A stretch of DNA of 64,000 bases. Source: Octopus bimaculoides. Taxonomy: Eukaryota. The DNA lies in NCBI RefSeq assembly GCF_001194135.2, contig NC_068989.1, positions 19,253,644 to 19,317,643 on the forward strand. Reading direction: 5' to 3'. Positions 55,058 to 64,000 of the stretch are shown piece by piece (the stretch's first letter is position 1; the number at the start of each line of letters is the position of its first letter). The notes beneath the pieces were generated by a model, which was not told the DNA's origin, did not search any database, and worked only from the letters and a program-made list of their open reading frames with translations. The position numbers were made by a program, and so were the translations under genes.

Positions 55058-56276
55058 AGCTTAACATTCAGATGTGCATATCATGTGTACAAATATACTT
55101 TTATACATATATAGGCATTAATATGTACATACATATTTTGTATTTAAATATCGTATGTGTATAGTCATTTACACACACACACACACATGTATAAATACAT
55201 ACTCATACATACAAACTTACATGCGCATGCACACACACACACACACACACATTATAAACAGTGGAAGAAGGGTAGCAATGCAAAGCTCAGCATCAGATGT
55301 TTTATGCCATTCTAAACCTTCCCCATCCTGAACCTCACCCTCATCCTTCATTAATATCCAGCTGTGAATCTTACCTCAAGCCTTCTCACATTGCAACATC
55401 CTAACCATCTCTTCACCACCACCACCATCATCATCATACTATATACATCCCCATCATGAAACATCATCCAGCCCTGCTTGTCTACCTATTTCAACCACCA
55501 GAAATACTATCTCTTTCTTCGTGGTACATTGACATTGTAACCCCTATTCGTTTCCATGATCTGACTGTCCTTCTGCTGTTAACACAGCTATCACAATCAC
55601 CCCTTCGCCAAATTAACCCTTAAAACGCAATTAACCACTGCTTGGTGAAATGTACTGGATGTTTCTTAATTAAGTAAAGGTATGGTATATAGGGAACAAT
55701 AGATTTGTAGGTCACAGAGCTGACCTGGGACTACACTACAACATGAACTATCATCACACCAAGCCAAATAATGAGCCTATGCATGGTTGTTCATCTTGCT
55801 AAAAATAGCAGCCAAATCTTCCTGAAACCATTCCCACGATATTAAAAAATGGAAAGCTACATTAGATTGTGTACATATAGATACATAGTAAACAGACAGG
55901 ATTATTATAACTGGAATGGTTTTAATTATAGGTTTGTTGTATCTGCTTTGACCTGAGGGTTAATTGACAACAGCAACTATAAACCTAATAAAGCATTCCA
56001 ATATTGTCACTAGACGTGCTCACTAAGATAGTTCTATGTCATTCAAAGAACTTCCCACCGCCCAACATTGTGGACAACACATTTCAGACCTAAATGTTTG
56101 GACAGTTACAAAGAAATGATCACAGCTAGGACAGTGACAGAAACATCCTCCAATCAGCTATCTCTGACAATTGAGGTGTAGCCAGAGTTATTCAGCTATT
56201 ACTGTTGTCTTGGCTGCTGCTGTTGCTACTATTACTATTACTATTACAAACACCACCAACACCATCATCATTACTC

Positions 56277-56675
56277 GGCGATCTTTCGATACCAGTACCA
56301 AATATCGGCCTTTTTTGTAAAAAGTGCCTTTTCCGTAAAAAGTGTTGGAGGGAAAGAGGTTTGAGTTTTAGGGTCAGGGTTAGGGTTTTAGGGTTAGGGT
56401 TTTAGGGTTAGGGTTAGGGTTATGGGTTAGGGTTACGGTTACTGTTAGAGACGAAATTCCCTAACCCAAACCCTAACCGTAAAAGCCTAACCGTAACCCT
56501 AACCCTAATTCCTTCAAACCCTAACCCTAAAACCCTAACCGTAAACATAACCCTATCCTCAAACCCTTCAAAAGAAATTGCGCTCTCTGTATCTCTTTCA
56601 CTTTTACGACATCGTTTCCCTCCAACACTTTTTACGGAAAAGGCTGATATTTGGTACTGGTATCGAAGGATCGCC
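56277..56675. mobile_element. 399-bp MITE with inverted telomere-like arrays
   Basis: TIRs are GGCGATCYTTCGATACCAGTACCAAATATCRGCCTTTT...CCGTAAAAAGTGTTGGAGGGAAA (61 bp, 2 mismatches, with an 18-bp extra unit in the left arm). The 8-bp TSD is CATTACTC (56269-56276 and 56676-56683). The interior has TTAGGG-type units followed by CCCTAA-type units. Confidence 0.92.
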
Positions 56676-56792
56676 CATTACTCTTCACCACACTGTTGCA
56701 TTATCACTTCCATCCTGTAAACTCACTGCTATCAATTATCACAAGCCATTAAGGGAACTTTTGTGTGGTTGCTAGAAATAGCCAAACCATCT

Positions 56793-57165
56793 TTAATCCT
56801 TTAGCTTAATCCAGCCCAAATATTCTGTCTGTTTTATATTCAAAACAGCCAGATCCAGCCTGTCACACCTACCTTACAATGTCATTCTAAAAATAAACAA
56901 TTACATCATTAAAATCTCAAAGCTACATGATAATAGATGAATAATTCAAAACAATGTGAGTAAATAAGCATTACATTCGACAGAGTAATCTGAATACTAA
57001 AGAGTTAACCCTTTAGCATTTAAACGGACCATATCTAGCCTAAACATTCTGCTGTTTTATGTTCAAAATAGTCAGAATTAGATGGTTACACCTGCCCTAC
57101 AATATTGCTCTAAAAATAAGCAATCACATTATCAAGATCTCAAAGCTACAAAATAATGCACAATT
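56793..57165. mobile_element. Tandem piggyBac-like MITEs sharing one TTAA (57005-57008); the second copy is interrupted by the RTE LINE. A short internally deleted relative is at 16895-17007
   Basis: Ends are TTAA-CCCTTTAGCATT and GAATRCTAAAGRG-TTAA. The two copies align over caatgtcattctaaaaataa...atctcaaagctaca. Confidence 0.6.
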
Positions 57166-58110
57166 AGAATAAGAATAGCCTGGGCAAAGGCTAGAATAAG
57201 AATAGCCTGGGCAAAGTTTAGAGAGCTCTTACCCCTGCTGGCGACAAAGGGACTCTCACTCAGAGTAAAAGGCAGACTGTATGACGCATGCGTACGAACA
57301 ACCATGCTACATGGCAGTGAAACATGGGCTGTAACTGCTGAGGACATACGTACGCTCGCAAGGAATGAAGCCAGTATGCTCCGTTGGATGTGTAATGTCA
57401 ATGTGAATACCCGTCAGAGTGTCAGTATCTTGAGAGAAAAGCTGAACATTAGAAGCATCAGTTGTGGCGTGCAAGAGAGCCGATTGCGCTGGTATGGACA
57501 TGTGGTGAGAATGGAGGAGGATAGCTGCGTGAAAAAGTGCCNNNNNNNNNNNNNNNNNNNNNNNNNNNNNNNNNNNNNNNNNNNNNNNNNNNNNNNNNNN
57601 NNNNNNNNNNNNNNNNNNNNNNNNNNNNNNNNNNNNNNNNNNNNNNNNNNNNNNNNNNNNNNNNNNNNNNNNNNNNNNNNNNNNNNNNNNNNNNNNNNNN
57701 NNNNNNNNNNNNNNNNNNNNNNNNNNNNNNNNNNNNNNNNNNNNNNNNNNNNNNNNNNNNNNNNNNNNNNNNNNNNNNNNNNNNNNNNNNNNNNNNNNNN
57801 NNNNNNNNNNNNNNNNNNNNNNNNNNNNNNNNNNNNNNNNNNNNNNNNNNNNNNNNNNNNNNNNNNNNNNNNNNNGGCACATAAAAGACACCATTTCGAG
57901 CGTGGCCGTTTTCATGCGGGTGACACGTAAAAGCACCCACTACACTCTCTGAGTGATTGGCGTTAGGAAGGGCATCCAGCTGTAGAAACTCTGCCAAATC
58001 AGACTGGAGCCTGGTGTTGCCATCCGGTTTCACCAGTCCTCAGTCAAATCGTCCAACCCATGCTAGCATGGAAAGCGGACGTTAAACGATGATGATGATG
58101 ATGATGATGA
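57165..58110 (+). mobile_element. 5'-truncated RTE-clade LINE (C-terminal ORF, 3' UTR, (GAT)n tail); gap 57542-57875
   Basis: Reads RIRIAWAKFRELLPLLATKGLSLRVKGRLYDACVRTTMLHGSETW...RLRWYGHVVRMEEDSCVKKC without stops. The 3' UTR ends gaaagcggacgttaaac(gat)n. Confidence 0.9.
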
Positions 58111-58232
58111 ATTAATTCAAGACAGTTTCTTATCTTTTACTTGTTTCAGTCATAAGACTACAGCCATGCTGGGGCAGTGCCTTGAGAAATTTCTCCCTCT
58201 CTCTCACACATACACACACATGTGCACACACA

Positions 58233-59645
58233 CTCATTTGATGCAGCTTGTTCAGGAGTTTAAGAGTCCCTAAGTATTTGTATATTCTCATCATTGGAAG
58301 CCTTCCTGGCTGCCATTTGATTTGGGTTTTCATTTGCACAGGACTTTCTTTTCCTCACTGCAGCCTTGGCTCTTTTGATTGCAATCTGGTCTTCTGTTGG
58401 CAGAGATTTATTTTTATGAGGCATACTGCTGCTGTATGCAATAGGCAACAATAAACTACAGAAGAACTGAAAATTGATTGCTGCATTTAAGTATTACATT
58501 GATATTTTAAGCCTACCTTTTAAAAAGTTTAACAATAATTTTTCTGCTGTCACTGAATTTAAAGACAATTTGATGTACGTAGGTCCTTACTTTTCGTACA
58601 AATAATTATTTCTATTTCATGGGTGACTTTTGCAGGATTTCACAATTTATTTTGATTATTCCCAAATTTATTTCCGAGTTATAAAAATTGTTATATTAAT
58701 ATGCTAGTACCTACGTGGTTACATAGGTACGTACCTGTGGTGTGTGTCGCACTTAGTTGAAGATGTAAAAAGAGAGAAATGAAACTTGTTAATCAGAAGA
58801 AGTATAGTTGAAGTAAGAGGCAAAGCGGCAAAGAATAGGGAGTAAGAGGGAGTGAGAGAGAGAGAGAAAGAGAGAGGACATTGATAGAACTGAGAGGTAA
58901 GAGAAATATACGGCATTAATGCAGGAGAAAGATTAGAGGCAAGGAGACATAGAGGAGAGAGAGAGAAAGAGTGAACGAAAGGAGTGGATAGAGAATGATA
59001 GTGAAAGAGAATGAAGCTATTCTTGGAGAGAAGACGCTGGAAACCTTTTCATTTTGTACGATATATGATAAAGCCATTGTGACAGTTATTCTTTGCCATT
59101 TGAAAGGTATTTGTATAAAATTTCATTAAAACATTCCAATTTTCCTGAAAGTTATGAGGCAGAAAATGTCGGGTCCTGTGAATTTTCCGAAACTCTTCTC
59201 CCTAACCCCTCAGAAAAATTTTTTCCAACATATCTTAACATACACTCAGTCAACAGGATCTAAGTGATTATTTACGGAATTTATGAGGTAACAAAGTAGT
59301 AACAATGTAGTTATGCCCATAGTTATTTGATTTTTTAGTATATGAAGTTACTAGTTACAGATGCTTGCATTTTTTAATGTTTTCCATGAAGTTTTCATGG
59401 GTCCAGCTAGTAAAAATTGCTATCATACAAAAAGATGTGTCGCAAAAAATCGCCAAAAACAATCCCAATACTGAAAACTTGGGAATCCAAAATTTCAGGA
59501 TTCCGGGTCCAAACTCAGCTGGGAATGTTTTTAATTTACTCACGGAGTCGGCCTGATTCCAAAATGGTATGATATGTTAGGCTATGGCATCTTGGAATAA
59601 AGTTGAAAAAGTGTGACACACTGACATTCACATTTATTATATCAT
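58233..59645 (-). mobile_element. 5' portion of a second Helitron with a decayed RepHel N-terminus
   Basis: A Helitron-like 5' end (ATAATAAATGTGAATGTCAGTGTGTCAC) abuts the (TA)n at about 59645. The ORF remnant from ATG 58424 reads MPHKNKSLPTEDQIAIKRAKAAVRKRKSCANENPNQMAARKASNDENIQILRDS*TPEQAA, resembling the ETPEQ-type charged repeats of RepHel N-termini. Confidence 0.5.
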
Positions 59646-59721
<76 letters not shown>

Positions 59722-59725
<4 letters not shown>

Positions 59726-60135
59726 CTCTCTCTTTTTACTCTTTTACTTGTTTCAGTCATTTGACTGCGGCCATGCTGGAGCACCGCCTTTAGCCGAGCA
59801 AATCGACCCCAGGACTTATTCTTTGTAAGCCTAGTACTTATTCTATCTGTCTCTTTTGCTGAACCGCTAATTTACGGGGACGTAAACACACCAGCATCGG
59901 TTGTCAAGCGATGTTGGGGGGACAAACACAGACACACAAACACACACATACACATACATATACATATATACGACGGGCTTCTTTCAGTTTCCGTCTACCA
60001 AATCCACTCACAAGGCTTTGGTCAGCCTGAGGCTATAGTAGAAGACACTTGTCCAGGGTGCCACGCAGTGGGACTGAACCCGGAACCATGTGGTTGGTAA
60101 GCAAGCTACTTACCACACAGCCACTCCTGTGCCTA
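59722..60135 (-). mobile_element. SINE family A, full length, CpG-rich (young)
   Basis: Near-consensus copy with most CpGs retained. Confidence 0.9.
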
Positions 60136-60617
60136 TGTATATATGCATACTAAATTTGTAAATTTGTTTATGGTAGAGTGCATTTTTTTTTTTTCAATTG
60201 AAGATGGGTATGGGACAAAAATGGTTAAGAAACACTACTCTAGGGATATTGGAGAGGAAGAAAGACAGAAAGACAGTCAGAGAAAAAGAGAGAGAGAGAG
60301 ATGGACAGAGAGGGATTGTTGTATAGATGTGTCTGTGTGTCCTGTGTGATGGACTTATCTCTGTGCTCTTCGAGAGATACTGAGAAGAGAGTGAAAGTGG
60401 GAGTGAGATGTTGTGTATACATGTCTGTGTGATGGACCTAGATGTGTGTTCCTCTAGAGATAGTGAGAAGAGAGAGAGAGAGAGAGAGAAAGAGAGAAGT
60501 AGGAAGAGGTACATCATTGTGCAGACATGTCTATTTCTGTGTCCATAGTGAGGCAGCCGAGTAAATACAGAAGAAGAAGTACAGAATATATAAACATAAT
60601 CAAAATAACATTAGATA

Positions 60618-60675
<58 letters not shown>

Positions 60676-62274
60676 AAAAACAGGCTAAAAAAATATACAA
60701 AGGCAATAACAAAAAACAGAAACAAGCATGCATGCATCTCCACACACGTACGCATTCATACACGCACACACATGCCATGCATATGCTTTACATACACTGG
60801 CACATGGCATTTTATCCCCTTCACCCCTTACTTAACAACANNNNNNNNNNNNNNNNNNNNNNNNNNNNNNNNNNNNNNNNNNNNNNNNNNNNNNNNNNNN
60901 NNNNNNNNNNNNNNNNNNNNNNNNNNNNNNNNNNNNNNNNNNNNNNNNNNNNNNNNNNNNNNNNNNNNNNNNNNNNNNNNNNNNNNNNNNNNNNNNNNNN
61001 NNNNNNNNNNNNNNNNNNNNNNNNNNNNNNNNNNNNNNNNNNNNNNNNNNNNNNNNNNNNNNNNNNNNNNNNNNNNNNNNNNNNNNNNNNNNNNNNNNNN
61101 NNNNNNNNNNNNNNNNNNNNNNNNNNNNNNNNNNNNNNNNNNNNNNNNNNNNNNNNNNNNNNNNNNNNNNNNNNNNNNNNNNNNNNNNNNNNNNNNNNNN
61201 NNNNNNNNNNNNNNNNNNNNNNNNNNNNNNNNNNNNNNNNNNNNNNNNNNNNNNNNNNNNNNNNNNNNNNNNNNNNNNNNNNNNNNNNNNNNNNNNNNNN
61301 NNNNNNNNNNNNNNNNNNNNNNNNNNNNNNNNNNNNNNNNNNNNNNNNNNNNNNNNNNNNNNNNNNNNNNNNNNNNNNNNNNNNNNNNNNNNNNNNNNNN
61401 NNNNNNNNGAATGCAAAAACAACAACAACAACAACGATTGTTGTTGTTGTTGTTTCTGCTGTTGCTACTGCGGTTTTTTCATGCAACTGTCCCTTGTTTT
61501 ACACAGATGTGTTTTTTTGCTGTTGTCGTCAGTGCAGCTGTTGCAGCTACATCTGTTGTTAGTATCGTTGTTGTTCTCATGTTGTGGTGTTACTGCTGGT
61601 GTTGTTATTATTTATTTATCAGTTATTTATTGTTGCTTGTGTAGCTTTTGCTACTGTTGCAGTCCTAAACCTCTGCCCCCCCCCACTCCCGCTATTTAGC
61701 TGTATTTAAGCAGACATATATATCATGTTGTTAACCAATCAAATACTTGAGGACGTCTCCCATAGTCCTAAACTTCCCTCCTGTCCCCTTGCTACCATAC
61801 AATTATTATTAGTTGTTATTGTAGTGCAGTCAGACTCAGGTCGTGTCAAATGTTGTTTTCATATCCAACTTGCTGTTGTTGTTGCTGGCGGCAGTATTGT
61901 TGCTTTCGTCACTTTTAGTTGCAGTTGTTACTGTTGCAGCCTGCGTTTCTTGTTCCTGCTGTTATTACTGTTGTTTAAGCACCAGATCAGACAGTTCAGT
62001 TCTGATTGCCCTGTCTTTTACTCAGACTGTCCAATGTATTCTTTAAGGAAGATTTAGCAGCTATTTTTAGCAGGCCTATCGACTGGAGTTGTTGCTACAT
62101 TGTATGAGCTCTACAAGACCAACAGACTTATATTACACATACAGCTGTTCGATCAGCAAAACTAACCATGGTCATCTTCAATATATTACTTACTGGTCAG
62201 TTATCTGTCTGAAAACCCGAGATGCCAAACTTTCCATTTGGGATTTGATGAACATGTAAAAATTATCTCACTAC

Positions 62275-62589
62275 TTGTAAAGAATGAAAAGTTTAGAATG
62301 GTATAACAATGCACTATAGAACAAAAAATGGACTATATACCTGTTGTAACTTGGTTATCTATAGTCCGATGATATTTTGGAATTACAATTCCTTCTTCTG
62401 ATCTTCTTAGCTGGAGTCTCTGCTATAAACTGTTTTCCAACAGGAGACTCCAGCTAAGAAGATCTGAAGAAGGAATTGTAATTCTGAAATATCATCGGAC
62501 TATAGATAACCAAGTTACAACAGGTATATAGTCCATTTTTTGTTCTATAGTGCTTTGTTATACCATTCTAAACTTTTTATTCTTTACAA
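62275..62589. repeat. Long near-perfect inverted repeat (arms ~145 bp, spacer ~23 nt)
   Basis: 62275-62420 is the reverse complement of 62444-62589 with only about 4-5 differences. Confidence 0.95.
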
Positions 62590-63673
62590 ACAATACACAA
62601 TGCTTCAAGCGAACTACAATACTCTCTTATCTCACTACTGTATTTTCCAGCATACAAGTTAAATTTTTCAGATCAAAATCTACAGTCAAGAAAGCTATGT
62701 CAACTTATTACACCAAGACAACTTTGGGGGACCAAAATATGCATGGAGGCACTGGTGCAAAAGTGTGTGTGTGTGTGCGCACATCATCAACAGTTTTATG
62801 TCCGTTTTTCATTACTGATGTGGTTTACACACCATGTTTACACCATATACTATGTTGACTTGCATGCTCGAAAATTCGGTAGTTTATGCAGGTGTTGTTT
62901 AGCCCATGGTCTAACCTAATCCAACTGACCCTAACCCTATGATTAAAATCACTCCAGCTGTTACAATACTATCTTTTTCCTTGTTTTTTTTTTTTTATAT
63001 ACCTTATCTAGAATTCCATTATCCAATTCTAAAATAAAAAAAAGAGTACTACAAACAAAGCAGTAGGTTGTAGTATGAAAGAGATTTTGGCTGATATTTC
63101 TTGCATGTTGAAAAATTGCATAGAAATCTCTGTCATTAGCTTGTTGCTGTTGTTGTTACAGATGTATGTGGTTCGTGCCATCAGTCGAGAGCCTTGCTTA
63201 TTGGTTCTGTTAGTTCATCCCCATCCTCCTTCCCTGTCTCTGTACCGTAGTGCAGCCACGTGCTGTCTGTCTGCAGCTGATTGTTGTACGGCAGGCAGCC
63301 TGGCAAAGCATGGAGCTAAAACACAGACAGACAGAAAGGAAGCTGATAACACACATAAAAGTAAACAAATAACAACAGGGTGAGGTGTGTGTGTGTGAAG
63401 GGTGGTGGTGGTAGAGATGGGGGAGTGTGGCAAAGCAAGATGAAGTGGAGGTGACAGAGGGGGGAAGGATGAGATAGAATGCAATAGCAATTAACAAAAG
63501 GAATGTTGCAGGAGCCTCGTGTCTCAAGTTTTCTTCTTTTTCTGATATCTTGAACAGTGACTGCTTGACAAAGTTTATTGACATATGTAGGCCTCTACAT
63601 GCATATGTATACGCACACACATGCATGCACACTTATACACGCATAATGTGTGTGTGTGTATATATATCATTAT

Positions 63674-63734
<61 letters not shown>

Positions 63735-64000
63735 TACACATCATCTTGTGATGCTCCTGCACACGTCATCAGTGATTGTACCTGGGATATTTAGGGGTTG
63801 TAGGTCTTCAGTATGGGCCGGGGGCATACATTTTGTTTGACATGCTTTTAACCCTTTATTGTTCAGATTATTCTGTTAAATGTAATGCTTTTTTTTTAAT
63901 CCAAATTGTTTCAAATTAATTATGCATTATCTTGCAGCTTTGAGGATCTGATGATGTGATTGTTTTTTTTTTTTTCTAGAATGTTAGTGTAGGTTTGGTG

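Noticed and set aside
51333-56560. TTAGGG arrays as a true chromosome end or ancient fusion site
   Set aside because: The arrays are short and enclosed by TIRs and exact TSDs, so they arrived as part of transposon insertions.

Overview
AT-rich, repeat-dense animal DNA with about 10 assembly gaps. The SINE, LINE and microsatellite landscape suggests a coleoid cephalopod such as Octopus (inference). The window appears to lie inside one + strand gene, tRNA dimethylallyltransferase (TRIT1/MiaA family). Three internal exons join in frame through canonical GT-AG sites: 16741-16831, 21683-22175 and 40039-40181. The other exons were not found and lie outside the window or in gaps. The rest is intron filled with tRNA-derived SINEs, RTE, CR1-like, Penelope-like and R4/Dong retroelement remnants, two Helitrons, several MITEs and microsatellites. 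Nearly all ORFs in the supplied track are artefacts of microsatellites, gaps or repeats. I found no new multi-gene system. The most unusual observations are (i) two different young-looking foldback elements with GG termini and exact 8-bp target-site duplications that each carry inverted TTAGGG telomeric arrays, (ii) a large acidic, NLS-bearing insertion in the TRIT1 catalytic domain, (iii) a near-perfect 145-bp-arm intronic hairpin, and (iv) a stack of retroposons inserted into (TAA)n microsatellites.
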